Assembly (NCBI GenBank): GCA_949300325.1
Contig: CASGDQ010000043.1
Span: forward strand, 2,221 to 66,220
Length of the DNA stretch: 64,000 nucleotides
Source: an uncultured Spirochaetales bacterium
GTDB lineage: Bacteria; Spirochaetota; Spirochaetia; Sphaerochaetales; Sphaerochaetaceae
Direction: 5' to 3'
Shown here: positions 34,327 through 43,776 of the stretch, piece after piece
Layout: each line of letters opens with the position of its first letter
How positions within the stretch are numbered: the first letter of the stretch is position 1
Notes under the pieces: model-generated
Seen by the model: the letters and a program-made list of their open reading frames with translations, nothing else
What the model was told of the DNA's origin: nothing
Databases searched by the model: none
Made by a program: the position numbers and the translations under genes

Positions 34327-35400
34327 TCAAGGTCTTGTATTAAGCAGTTCTGAAAGCTCCTCGCTGCTCAAGCTGTAGCTGTAGAAAAGATCGTAGAAGG
34401 TTGTAACCTCCTTCTCAAGATCGATATCGGAATAAAGCTCTGGATAAAGAATGCTGCCAAGCCAGTATATTCCTATGATCCTGTTTACCCCAGGGGGTGT
34501 GTCGATGAAAGAATAGGGGCTGGAAGGTATCAGATAAACCTTGTTGTTCTTCACAGCAGAGAGCTCTGCCCATCTTGGATCCGTTGTTGCTGTTTTATAT
34601 GCAGATTCCTCTGCTAGCAGAATGACATCCGGATCCCAGATGAAAAGCTGCTCGAGAGAGATTATGTTTCCTCCGCCGGAGTAGGTGGAAGGCACGACAT
34701 TCTCAGCTCCGATAAGCTCGATCACCTCTCCATGGAAATTTCCGGTAGGAATCCCGTCCAGCCCTTCTGGAGAGGATGAATAGTATACGCTCACCGGTTT
34801 TTCAATCTGCTTTTTCGCCTCCTCTGCCTTGGCAAGGGCCTTTTCAGAGTATTGGGCGAGCTTTTCTGTTTTCTCCTCCTCTCCGATAAGCTTGCCAAGA
34901 TTTCTATATGCTTCCGCAGTGTTTGTCAGGTAAGACTCTATGAACACCACCGGGATGCCGATCTGATCCTCCAGCACGTCAAGATCCGTATCGATCCCTT
35001 CTTTTATCTCGCCCATGTCGATTACGACTTCCGGTGCGGCGAAAATCAGCGCTTCTTTGTTGAGGTTTGCCTTCTTGCCATAGAAGGTGCCGAACTGAGG
35101 GAGATCCTGCATGCACTCAGGCATATAGAACATCGCCTTATCGTTTATGGTTGACGAAAGTCCCACCATCTTTTCAGGAGCTACGGTCGCGATGATCATT
35201 TGCGCAAGATTTCCAGAAGGGGCTATTTTTGTGATTTCTTTCTCAAATGTATGGCTTCTGCCCAGAGAATCGGTAAAACTGAATGAAGACAAGGCTTCAT
35301 TTTGGCTGCTTACTGCAGCTGTTTCTTTTGCCCCTTGGGAAAATACTGGGCAGAGTACAGCTAAGAGGACAGCCAGGATTGTCAGTGCTCTTTTCAACAT
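34327..35400 (-). CDS. ABC transporter substrate-binding lipoprotein, FecB/BtuF (iron-siderophore/cobalamin) class
   Basis: 357 aa. Signal peptide with a Cys (LLAVLC), and a bilobed periplasmic-binding-protein type 2 pattern (PEVVIDMG..., DPDVILL...). Confidence 0.7.
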   Translation of the reverse strand: MLKRALTILAVLLAVLCPVFSQGAKETAAVSSQNEALSSFSFTDSLGRSHTFEKEITKIAPSGNLAQMIIATVAPEKMVGLSSTINDKAMFYMPECMQDLPQFGTFYGKKANLNKEALIFAAPEVVIDMGEIKEGIDTDLDVLEDQIGIPVVFIESYLTNTAEAYRNLGKLIGEEEKTEKLAQYSEKALAKAEEAKKQIEKPVSVYYSSSPEGLDGIPTGNFHGEVIELIGAENVVPSTYSGGGNIISLEQLFIWDPDVILLAEESAYKTATTDPRWAELSAVKNNKVYLIPSSPYSFIDTPPGVNRIIGIYWLGSILYPELYSDIDLEKEVTTFYDLFYSYSLSSEELSELLNTRP

Positions 35401-36068
35401 TGCTCTTTTCTCCTTTTAATTGTATACATGTAGATTTTCTTCCTGTTTCTGAAAAGCAGGGGATAATCCTTATCTTTGCTTTCTTCCAAAATAGGAAGCA
35501 ATGTGCTGTTATAGCTTATTTGGAAAAACCTTTTTGCATCTTGCAGATTTCTCAGAGGCTGGTTGAATTCGCAAAATATGACGGCCTTCTCGTAGTCAAG
35601 TCCCAATGAGGTGAAAAGTTCCTCGGTCTTTCTGCTTTTATCCTCTCTTTTTGATCCTTCATAGCCTGTATGCGCGCTTATTACGTAGATGATTTTGTAT
35701 GAGAGGCTGAGATAATGCTCAAGGCTTTCCTTTTTTGAAAGGCCTCCGAAAAAAAGCATCAGAAGAACGTCTGCTTTTTCATCGATAGCCAAGGCATCGG
35801 CATATCCGATCAGATCGAACCCAACTCTTTTATTGGCGCTTTTTACTGCAGCCATGCAATTATCGTAGGCCTTTATGTTGTAACCCTCTTTCTTGAGGAT
35901 GGCTGTTACATATCCAAGCCCGGCTCCCAGTTCGAGTATTTTCTCATCCTTTGACAGGTGCTTTACTATTTCGGAGGCAATCAGCGTATGGAAGGAGAGA
36001 TCGCGTGATGCCCTGTCATAATATGCTATTTTCTCCTCATCCCAGAAACCGTTTATTTGGGTATGCAT
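35394..36068 (-). CDS. Class I SAM-dependent methyltransferase
   Basis: 224 aa with motif I ILELGAGLGYVT. Overlaps both neighbours, by 16 nt with the ATPase gene and by 7 nt with the binding-protein gene. Confidence 0.65.
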   Translation of the reverse strand: MHTQINGFWDEEKIAYYDRASRDLSFHTLIASEIVKHLSKDEKILELGAGLGYVTAILKKEGYNIKAYDNCMAAVKSANKRVGFDLIGYADALAIDEKADVLLMLFFGGLSKKESLEHYLSLSYKIIYVISAHTGYEGSKREDKSRKTEELFTSLGLDYEKAVIFCEFNQPLRNLQDAKRFFQISYNSTLLPILEESKDKDYPLLFRNRKKIYMYTIKRRKEQC

Positions 36069-36829
36069 ATGTACCTCCTGTTTGCTCCGGTATCCACCTG
36101 GTCTATGAAAAGATTTCTTCCATAAAGGCTTTCAAGGAGATGGGATGATACAAGATCTTCCTTGCTGCCAGAAAAGACTATCGTGCTGTCATCCATCAAA
36201 AGTATTCTTGTCGCATACATCAGCGCCTGTTCCGGGTTATGGGTTGAGAACAATAATCCTGCTCCTCCTTCTCTCAGCTTCTCAAGCGTCTCGAGCACCA
36301 GTATCTGGTTGCCGTAATCCAAGCTTGCCGTGGGCTCGTCGAGGATGATGAAATCTGTATCCTGCATCAGTGCACGTGCGATGAGCGCCATCTGCCTTTC
36401 TCCACCGGAGAGCTCTGTCATATTCCTATCCCTTAAGCCCTCCATATTGAATATCTGCAAAATTTCCAACGCTTTTTTCTTTTCCCTCTCTCCTGGGGCG
36501 CTGAAAAGAGGGATGTAATGGGCAGATCCCATAAGCACCGTCTCCAGCACCGTATAGCTGAATTCCTGCTTAGACATCTGCGGTATGTACGATATGTGCT
36601 TTGCCATATCATTCTTCTTGAGGCTTTCAATATCCTCGCCGTTTATAAAAAATTTTCCCTTACCGCTTTTCAAAATGCCGAGCATGAGGCGGAATAGGGT
36701 GGTTTTTCCTGCTCCGTTTCTTCCTAAAAGCGCCACTGTCTCTCCGCCTTCTATCTTGAAAGAAACGTTTTTGAGCACTGGACGGTTCTGTCTGTATCTG
36801 AATTCAAGATCCTGAGCTTCAAGAATCAT
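36053..36829 (-). CDS. ABC transporter ATP-binding protein (FecE/BtuD class)
   Basis: Walker A GRNGAGKTT, signature LSGGERQ, Walker B FIILDEPT. Confidence 0.85.
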   Translation of the reverse strand: MILEAQDLEFRYRQNRPVLKNVSFKIEGGETVALLGRNGAGKTTLFRLMLGILKSGKGKFFINGEDIESLKKNDMAKHISYIPQMSKQEFSYTVLETVLMGSAHYIPLFSAPGEREKKKALEILQIFNMEGLRDRNMTELSGGERQMALIARALMQDTDFIILDEPTASLDYGNQILVLETLEKLREGGAGLLFSTHNPEQALMYATRILLMDDSTIVFSGSKEDLVSSHLLESLYGRNLFIDQVDTGANRRYICIPK

Positions 36830-37835
36830 GCTTTTTCGCCTCCCTTGAAATCAAAAACAAAAAGAACGGAGCTCCTACGAAGCTCGTGAGGATTCCCAAA
36901 GGAATCTCTGTTGTCGTTGCAATTCTGCTTATGGTATCCACGATTGTTAAAAATGAGGCCCCCAGAAGCATCGACAGCGGGATCGTTGTCCTTGTATCGT
37001 TTCCGACCATCATCCTTGTAAAATGCGGTATCACAAGTCCTATCCATCCTATCTGTCCGGAAACGGCTACCGCAGCTGCGGTAAGCAGCGTCGAAGAAAG
37101 GATGCAGATGATCCTCAGTTTTTTTGTATCGACTCCCAGTGAGACCGCTTCCTCTTCCTCCAAGCTCAAAAGGTTTATCCTCCATGAAAGCAGCAATAGG
37201 GGAATGAATGCGATCAGCGAGGCCGTTGAAAGCAGGTAAAGATCCGAGTTCCTATATGAGGAGAGGGAGCCCATCAGCCAGTATGTGATTGTTGGAAGCG
37301 TGTTTTCTGTATCTGCCACAAGCTTTACAAAACTTGTTGCGGAGGAAAACAGGCTGCTTATCATGATGCCTCCAAGCACCAGGGCGAGCATGCGGTTGTA
37401 GCGGATGTTGCGCGCAATAAGCATCACAAGAAAGACTGCAAGAAGGCCTGAAAGAAATGCTGCAAAGGAAACCTCGAAATAATTTGCGTTGTAAAGCAAT
37501 GCAAGAGATGCTCCGAAAGCCGCTCCCGATGAGGTTCCCAGCACATCGGGGCTGACCAGCGGGTTTTTGAACACGGTCTGCATCACAAGCCCGGAAAGTG
37601 CAAGGCCTGCACCTATCAAAGATGAAAGAAACAGCCTTGGAAGCCTTATCTTGAAGACTATGGTCTCCTCCTGCGCGCTCCAGGTCTGCGTGATGTCGAA
37701 AACTCTGGATAATAGGATTTTTATCAGGTTCACCGGCCCTATCGCATAGCGCCCTACTGAGAAAGAGAACAGGATCGAGAGGATGAATATTATGAAAAAT
37801 ACGAAAACTGCATTCCTTTTGTTCAGTTTGTCCAT
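36819..37835 (-). CDS. ABC transporter permease, FecCD/BtuC family
   Basis: 338-aa polytopic protein with a FecCD-type conserved region (GQIGWIGLVIPH, PLGILTSFVGAPFFLFLI). Confidence 0.8.
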   Translation of the reverse strand: MDKLNKRNAVFVFFIIFILSILFSFSVGRYAIGPVNLIKILLSRVFDITQTWSAQEETIVFKIRLPRLFLSSLIGAGLALSGLVMQTVFKNPLVSPDVLGTSSGAAFGASLALLYNANYFEVSFAAFLSGLLAVFLVMLIARNIRYNRMLALVLGGIMISSLFSSATSFVKLVADTENTLPTITYWLMGSLSSYRNSDLYLLSTASLIAFIPLLLLSWRINLLSLEEEEAVSLGVDTKKLRIICILSSTLLTAAAVAVSGQIGWIGLVIPHFTRMMVGNDTRTTIPLSMLLGASFLTIVDTISRIATTTEIPLGILTSFVGAPFFLFLISREAKKHDS

Positions 37836-37898
37836 GACCTGCCCTTTATCGAATCATGTCTATTTTACATTATATTTTCAAAAATGCAATGGGATTTC

Positions 37899-39014
37899 TC
37901 AGGAATAGTCGGGGTCTATGTTGAACTGGAAGGTATAGGTTGGAAACTCCTTTTCCAGCGCGCTTTGGGCATTTTGCCTGAATTTTGCAACATCCTTCAC
38001 AGAAAAGCCGATCACAACATCAAAGTGCACTCTTGAATCCTCGAAATGGACATGGAACGCATGTATTTCAACTATATCCTGCTCAACGGATTTCAGTACC
38101 TTCATCACCTCGCTTTTCATCAGAAGCACGGTGGGGTTCGAATCGTTGACTGCATACATGCCGAATGTGAAATAGATTCCGAGCTTGTCCATTATCTCAT
38201 TCTGGGCCCCGGTCATCGCATCGAATATCTCTTCTCCTTTTGCCGCGGCCGGCACCTCGACGTTGATCGTGCCGATGCTCCTTGAGGGGCCGTAGTTATG
38301 GATCTGGACCTCGTAGCCTCCTTTGAGAGGAGGATGCTTTGAGATGATGCTCCTGATTTCCAATACGGTCTCTTTTTCAGGACGCTCGCCGACTATGGCG
38401 GAAACAGTTTCCAAAACAGCCTTTGTGCCTGCATATAAAACGAATATGGAGACGAAGATGCCTGCATATGCATCCACATTGAATTTCGTGAAAGAGGAGA
38501 GTATGACGGCTAAAACCGTCACGCTTGAGGAAAGCGCATCCGAAAGCGCATCGGTTCCGCTGATTTTCAGCGCGTCGCTATCGATCTCGATGCCGTTTTT
38601 CCTGTTCAGACGCCATAATGCAAGCTTGACCAGGATGGTGCAGAAAAGAGTGATGATCATAAGCGGGCTAGCCGAAACAATTGCGGGGGAGAATATCTTC
38701 TCGATGCTGACTTTGAGAAAGTTCAATCCAGCAAAAAGGACAATGAAGGAAACCAGCAGTGCGGAAATGTATTCAATCCTTCCGAAGCCGAGAGGATGCG
38801 AATGGGTAGGTTTCCTTTTGGAAAGCCTGTAGCCAAGCATCGTCACAAGGCTTGAAAGCATATCCGAGGCGTTATTAAAAGCATCGAATATGACTGCAAC
38901 AGAGCCGGAGGCAAGGCCGACAAGCGCTTTTGCTGTGGCCAATACGGCATTTGCAGCTATGCCGATGATGGAATTCCTCTGGATTATCCGGCTTCTGTTC
39001 TTTTCTTTGTCCAT
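37899..39014 (-). CDS. Cation diffusion facilitator (CDF) family metal efflux transporter
   Basis: 371 aa. TM domain with a DAFNNASD motif and HPLGFGRIEY, plus a C-terminal cytoplasmic dimerisation domain. Confidence 0.8.
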   Translation of the reverse strand: MDKEKNRSRIIQRNSIIGIAANAVLATAKALVGLASGSVAVIFDAFNNASDMLSSLVTMLGYRLSKRKPTHSHPLGFGRIEYISALLVSFIVLFAGLNFLKVSIEKIFSPAIVSASPLMIITLFCTILVKLALWRLNRKNGIEIDSDALKISGTDALSDALSSSVTVLAVILSSFTKFNVDAYAGIFVSIFVLYAGTKAVLETVSAIVGERPEKETVLEIRSIISKHPPLKGGYEVQIHNYGPSRSIGTINVEVPAAAKGEEIFDAMTGAQNEIMDKLGIYFTFGMYAVNDSNPTVLLMKSEVMKVLKSVEQDIVEIHAFHVHFEDSRVHFDVVIGFSVKDVAKFRQNAQSALEKEFPTYTFQFNIDPDYS

Positions 39015-39183
39015 ATGACGATATTAGCTGAATCGCGTACTTGTTTGCAACAGGCGCTGTTTGCATATGCTATTGCATTAATCTTTATATTGCAAAATGT
39101 TATTACAAATCAAAAGATTGATATGGCAAACATGGGAATAAAAAAACTGAAATTGATGCATTTTTTTTCCTTTTCTTCAGTTT

Positions 39184-40095
39184 TTACTTTTCCTCATCGA
39201 AAAGAAAGGCTCTTATGCTCTTGTATGTCTCGTCATTGGTTTCCCTGCTGCTGTTGAGACACTCGTGCCGGGAAAGCGGAACATCGACGATTTTCAGAAA
39301 CCGGTTGTCCAAGGTCTCAAACACTTTCTTGTCCACATAATTATCATCTTCGGCCCTGAGCAGCAATATCGGGATGTTTATCAGATTGAAGTTGTCCCTT
39401 GCCCGGCGGCTGGCCTTTATTCCCTCGTTGAGCCATTTCCAGGTAGCTCCGGACTTCTGGTATTCCTTATGCTGTTCCCTGTATGAGAGGTTTTCCTCGA
39501 ACCGTCCGCGGTCAAAGCCTGCTGAGCTTTGGAACGTGTCGTTTGTCTTCTCCCAGATTCCCTGGCCGAATACGAAATTATCCTTTCTCCTATGGCGTAC
39601 CATGATATCGGAGAGCCTGAATGCCGTATTTTCATTGACCCCATGGGTATTTATTTTCAGCATCGGGGAGGACAATACAGCCTTCTTAAAAGGGTTGTCT
39701 GGATTCTCTTCCAGATACAGCGAGGCGGCGCATCCACCCATAGAGTGGGCAAACAGAAAACAATTTCCATCCTGTTTTATCTCTGCAGCGAAGCTTTTTA
39801 TCGTTTCCACATATTCGTTGAAATCCTCTATGTGGATGCGGTCGAAAAAAGCTGATCTGCTCATTCCATGCCCCGGCAGTTCGAATATGGTGCAGCTTAT
39901 GCCCATTTTCAGGAAGTTGAAGATTATCTCCCTATATTTGTAAATCCCTTCGCTGAAGCCGTGGACGATAAGCATTGAAGCCCTCTGCTCATCCGCTTCA
40001 TAAAGGCATGCATTGATCCCTTCCCGGCTGATATCCTTTTCCCTTTTCAGGATGTAGGGGATTATATTTTCGGCCATGTAATTTGAAAAGCTCAT
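39184..40095 (-). CDS. Alpha/beta hydrolase (lysophospholipase / monoacylglycerol lipase-like)
   Basis: 303 aa with HGFSEG and a nucleophile elbow AHSMGG. ATGA overlap with the upstream MFS gene. Confidence 0.7.
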   Translation of the reverse strand: MSFSNYMAENIIPYILKREKDISREGINACLYEADEQRASMLIVHGFSEGIYKYREIIFNFLKMGISCTIFELPGHGMSRSAFFDRIHIEDFNEYVETIKSFAAEIKQDGNCFLFAHSMGGCAASLYLEENPDNPFKKAVLSSPMLKINTHGVNENTAFRLSDIMVRHRRKDNFVFGQGIWEKTNDTFQSSAGFDRGRFEENLSYREQHKEYQKSGATWKWLNEGIKASRRARDNFNLINIPILLLRAEDDNYVDKKVFETLDNRFLKIVDVPLSRHECLNSSRETNDETYKSIRAFLFDEEK

Positions 40096-41432
40096 TTTTC
40101 CTCCCCGATTTCAGAAATGATTTTCTTTTCATCATAAAATAAGAATAAGATCATTCCAAGCAGACAAAAAAGACTTGAAACTATTGCGACCGCGCGATAG
40201 CCGAAGGCTGTCGAAATCGAAGTGAAAAGCAGCATAGCAAGGGATTGTCCGAGCTTGAAGGCGAAGGTTCTGGAGGCGAAGAACATGCCCTCCCTGTTTA
40301 TTCCTGTCTTCCTGCTGTCTGCTTTTGCTATATCTGCCACCACAGCCTGCGGAAGGATTCCGAATATGGCCATGGCTCCTGAGGCGATAATTGAAAGAAG
40401 GAATCCCTGCGCGACAGCAGATATCCCGATAAGCCCTAATACAGATGTGAAAAGATATGCTGCAAGGAAGATGACAAATCCTGATACTATGAGCTTTTTC
40501 TTTCCTATTTTTCCTGCAACCCTGTTTATCGGGATATAAAAGAGCAGGGATAATGCGGTCATGAATACAAAAAACACGGTTGTCATCGATTCATCAAGAT
40601 GCAGAAGCGAAGTGATGAAGAACGAAAGCCCGGTCTGGAACATCGTGATTGCAATCCAATATGCAATATCGGAAAAGACAAACAGCCTGAAATCCCTGTT
40701 TTTGTATGTAGCAGCAAGGGAAGAAAGGGATGATGGATCGCTTTTGGTTTTTTTGACATAATCCTTTTCCTTGATGGTGAACACCGGCACCAGAAGGCAG
40801 AAGAATGCGATCAGGGAAAGGACTATGAATGTGATGCGCATCGAAGAGATCCTTTCTATGCCATTTTTTTCGATCAAGCCCCAGATGACAGGAGCAGCAT
40901 ATGCCGTGGCGGTCCCCAATATGAATGTGAGGCTTATCGCGGTGGAAATGTCCAGCCTCTGCTTGTCCGTATGCCCGAGTTCGGGAATAAGGGCATTGAA
41001 AGGCGTGCAGTAGCAGGTTATGGCCAGATAATAGCATAAAAGAGCAAAGAGAAGGAAAAGTGCATTTATATTGCTTATCCCGTCTACAGGAGAAAAGAAT
41101 ACTGCGATGGTTGATAGCGCCAGGGGCAGGGACGACCATTTCAAGAAAGGTATCCTTCTTCCTGCTTTGCTTTTCAGCTTGTCCGACATGCCTGCAACAA
41201 GAGGATCCGTTATGGCATCAAAAATCCTGCTTACGGCGGTTATCGCCCCCACTACGGTGGCGATTCCAAGAATTGCGAGCCCCTGTGGGATGAACAGTTT
41301 ATGCCCTTGATCAATCAGCTCCTGCGTGGGCTGGTAGTAATAGACCAGCCAGTTTGAAATGAGTCCGGAGAGCATTGCCCATCCGAACTGTCCTGTTGCA
41401 TAGCACCAGATCTTGCCTTGCGATATTTCCAT
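40092..41432 (-). CDS. MFS/GPH-family (glycoside-pentoside-hexuronide-like) transporter
   Basis: 12-TM-type protein whose N-terminus (IWCYATGQFGWAMLSGL) and DPLVAGMSD motif are typical of MelB/YihO-like symporters. Start set at MEISQGK (41432); the upstream ORF extension is unsupported. Confidence 0.65.
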   Translation of the reverse strand: MEISQGKIWCYATGQFGWAMLSGLISNWLVYYYQPTQELIDQGHKLFIPQGLAILGIATVVGAITAVSRIFDAITDPLVAGMSDKLKSKAGRRIPFLKWSSLPLALSTIAVFFSPVDGISNINALFLLFALLCYYLAITCYCTPFNALIPELGHTDKQRLDISTAISLTFILGTATAYAAPVIWGLIEKNGIERISSMRITFIVLSLIAFFCLLVPVFTIKEKDYVKKTKSDPSSLSSLAATYKNRDFRLFVFSDIAYWIAITMFQTGLSFFITSLLHLDESMTTVFFVFMTALSLLFYIPINRVAGKIGKKKLIVSGFVIFLAAYLFTSVLGLIGISAVAQGFLLSIIASGAMAIFGILPQAVVADIAKADSRKTGINREGMFFASRTFAFKLGQSLAMLLFTSISTAFGYRAVAIVSSLFCLLGMILFLFYDEKKIISEIGEEK

Positions 41433-41514
41433 ATTTCCATTGAACCACGCAAAAAAGGGAATTTGCAATAAATTAAGGTTAATTTGAAAGAAAAACAATG
41501 TATAATTTGCCTTG

Positions 41515-42222
41515 ATGCTTTATAAGACTTTAGAAGAAATGTTCATAAAGGATAGGAGATGCAATTTCATCTCCATTACAGGGGCAGGGGGGAAGACCAC
41601 ATTGCTTTCCTCCTTCGGACAATATCTTAAGGATACGGGACGCTCCGTACTTTTGACTACGACCACCAAGGTGCAGGCACCGCTATATTATGATTATATG
41701 GCCGATCATGTTTTTCAAAGCGAGTCCTCGATCCTTTCTTATGAGGTGGAAAGGGGGAAGATGGTGTTTTATGCGGAGAAAAACAGCCTGGATGTAAAAA
41801 AAGCTTTTGCACCAAGGCAGGAGATCCTTGATGTCCTTGCAGGCCGTTTCGACTGCATACTCTGTGAAGCCGATGGGTCGAGGGGCTTGCCGATGAAGAT
41901 ACATTCATCCCGTGATCCGGTCATACATCCAAAAACCACTTCTGTTATCGCTGTAATGGGCTCAAGTGCGCTTTTTGGCAAGATCTGTTTTTCTGTCTTC
42001 GGTGATGAAGGTGAGGCTTTGGTGGATGAAAAGTACCTCAAAGGTTATTTTAATGACCCTGAGGCTATTTTAAAAGGCATGGACGGTCATGAGGGGGCTG
42101 TGCTTGTAAATGCAGCCGAGAATATGGATGAAAAAGGCTATGCTCTTTTTTCCTCGATATCGATACCTTATCCGATAATTTTCTGCTCGGAGAAGAAGGA
42201 TGAGATTTATGCCCGGATATGA
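41515..42222 (+). CDS. yqeC: YqeC-family selenium-dependent hydroxylase accessory protein (P-loop)
   Basis: About 235 aa with P-loop ITGAGGKTTLL and an EADGSRG motif. Directly followed by, and overlapping, yqeB as in E. coli. TATAAT (41501-41506) lies 8 nt before the ATG and no SD is visible. Confidence 0.7.
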   Translation: MLYKTLEEMFIKDRRCNFISITGAGGKTTLLSSFGQYLKDTGRSVLLTTTTKVQAPLYYDYMADHVFQSESSILSYEVERGKMVFYAEKNSLDVKKAFAPRQEILDVLAGRFDCILCEADGSRGLPMKIHSSRDPVIHPKTTSVIAVMGSSALFGKICFSVFGDEGEALVDEKYLKGYFNDPEAILKGMDGHEGAVLVNAAENMDEKGYALFSSISIPYPIIFCSEKKDEIYARI

Positions 42223-43699
42223 AAAACTTTTGGACCTTTTCGAGAAGAACAAGGCTTATGCGATAGTCTCCATAATTTCCACTTCAGGCAGGACGAGCAG
42301 GAAGACCGGGCGCATGGTGGTGTCTTTATCCGGACTTGAGATGGGGACGATCGGCGGAGGCGCTCTTGAGCAGAAGGCGATTCTGCTTGCGCAAAAGCAT
42401 ATTGTGCTCGGCAGGAATATCGAGATGGAAATCGAAAATGAAGCAGGAGGGAGGGTAAGGATATTGGTAGATGTTGTAAAAAAGGAAAGAAGGGTTGTTA
42501 TTTTCGGTTCGGGCCATGTCGGAATCAATACGGCAAGGATATTATCCTACCTGTCCTTTGAGGTTTTTGTCATCGACGAAAGGATCAGCTATGAGAAGGA
42601 AGCTGGAATTACTTTTTTGAGGGCCTTAGACAGCAACGTAGTTCTCGATGAGAGGACTGCAGTGCTGATTTTCAGTCCGAGGGAAGCTGAAAGGATATAT
42701 TCGGATATCAAGGATACCCCGGTATTCTTTATCGGAATAATGGGCTCCCGCGGATTTGACAGATGCTATGATCCGAGAGTGCGCTCCCCACTGGGTCTTG
42801 AGCTCGGTGGAGAAAGCCCTGAGGAGATTGCCATATCCGTTTCTTCCCAATTGCTTGCCGCCTTTAATGGAGCCGATGCCTCTTCTTGTTCCTCATACCT
42901 TGATGATGTTGTCGTTGTGAGGGGGGCAGGTGATCTTGCAAGCGGAGTGATCCTTCGTCTTTTCAATGCCGGCTATCGTGTGATAGCGCTTGAATGCGCC
43001 AAGCCTCTTGTAATCAGGCGCACTGTTTCGTTTGCAGAGGCGGTCTATGAGAATAAGGCGGTTGTGGAAGGAGTGCAGGCGCAGCTTGTGGAAGATAAGG
43101 CGGAAATCTGGCGTACTCTCGATTCTGGCATCGTCCCCATCCTCATCGATCCTGATGCGTCAATACTTGATTCGATACGTCCGCTTGCGCTTGTGGATGC
43201 AATAATGGCTAAAAAGAATCTTGGAACAAAAAAGGGCAGGGCTGGAATTACTATAGCCCTGGGTCCTGGATTCTCTGCCCCGGATGATGTGGATGCCGTG
43301 ATAGAGACTAGAAGAGGCCACAATCTGGGAAGAATAATAAAAGAAGGAAGCGCAGAGGAGAATACCGGAATTCCCGGACTTGTTATGGGGTATGGCAAGG
43401 AGAGGGTGATACATAGCCCTGGGCCGGGGGTGGTGCATCATGTCCATTCCATCGGAGATATAGTCAAAAAGGGCGAAATCATCTGTTATGTCGGCTCATC
43501 TGCTGTCCTTGCCCCTATTGATGGGATGCTCCGCGGACTTATCAGGCAGGATCTGGAGGTGGAAGAGGGTTTGAAGATTGCGGACATAGACCCCAGAGGA
43601 AAGGATGCGAGCTTCATGACCGTCTCTGACAAGGCCATGGCTATTGCCGGAGGTGTGCTGGAGGCTGTCGATTGCTATAAAAAACTGCTTGGAAGATGA
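42209..43699 (+). CDS. yqeB: YqeB-family selenium-dependent molybdenum hydroxylase maturation protein (XdhC-like N-terminal half fused to EF2563-type C-terminal domain)
   Basis: The N-terminal XdhC_CoxI-like segment (IISTSGRTSRKTGRMVV...IGGGALE) is followed by Rossmann VIFGSGHVG. The C-terminal half begins VVVVRGAGDLASGVILRL. ATG at 42209 has AAGGA 7 nt upstream. Confidence 0.75.
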   Translation: MPGYEKLLDLFEKNKAYAIVSIISTSGRTSRKTGRMVVSLSGLEMGTIGGGALEQKAILLAQKHIVLGRNIEMEIENEAGGRVRILVDVVKKERRVVIFGSGHVGINTARILSYLSFEVFVIDERISYEKEAGITFLRALDSNVVLDERTAVLIFSPREAERIYSDIKDTPVFFIGIMGSRGFDRCYDPRVRSPLGLELGGESPEEIAISVSSQLLAAFNGADASSCSSYLDDVVVVRGAGDLASGVILRLFNAGYRVIALECAKPLVIRRTVSFAEAVYENKAVVEGVQAQLVEDKAEIWRTLDSGIVPILIDPDASILDSIRPLALVDAIMAKKNLGTKKGRAGITIALGPGFSAPDDVDAVIETRRGHNLGRIIKEGSAEENTGIPGLVMGYGKERVIHSPGPGVVHHVHSIGDIVKKGEIICYVGSSAVLAPIDGMLRGLIRQDLEVEEGLKIADIDPRGKDASFMTVSDKAMAIAGGVLEAVDCYKKLLGR

Positions 43700-43776
43700 A
43701 ATGCGCCCTCTTTCAGGTTTGGCGATGTTGCCCGTGGCTTCTTAAAGAATTATAATGCCGTTGAATTGGTGGTTTT

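Noticed and set aside
39040-39115. Cluster of four TTGCA-containing repeats as further copies of the ygfK/ygeW 17-bp motif
   Set aside because: Half-site spacing (16-20 nt) and flanks differ from the 10-bp-phased motif. TTGCA is also simply -35-like in AT-rich DNA. I mention it only as a possible separate regulatory feature.
37836-39183. Cobalamin riboswitch upstream of the BtuF/FecB-type ABC operon
   Set aside because: The gap before the permease is only 63 nt. The 169-nt region upstream of the CDF gene shows no B12-box-like sequence that I can recognise.
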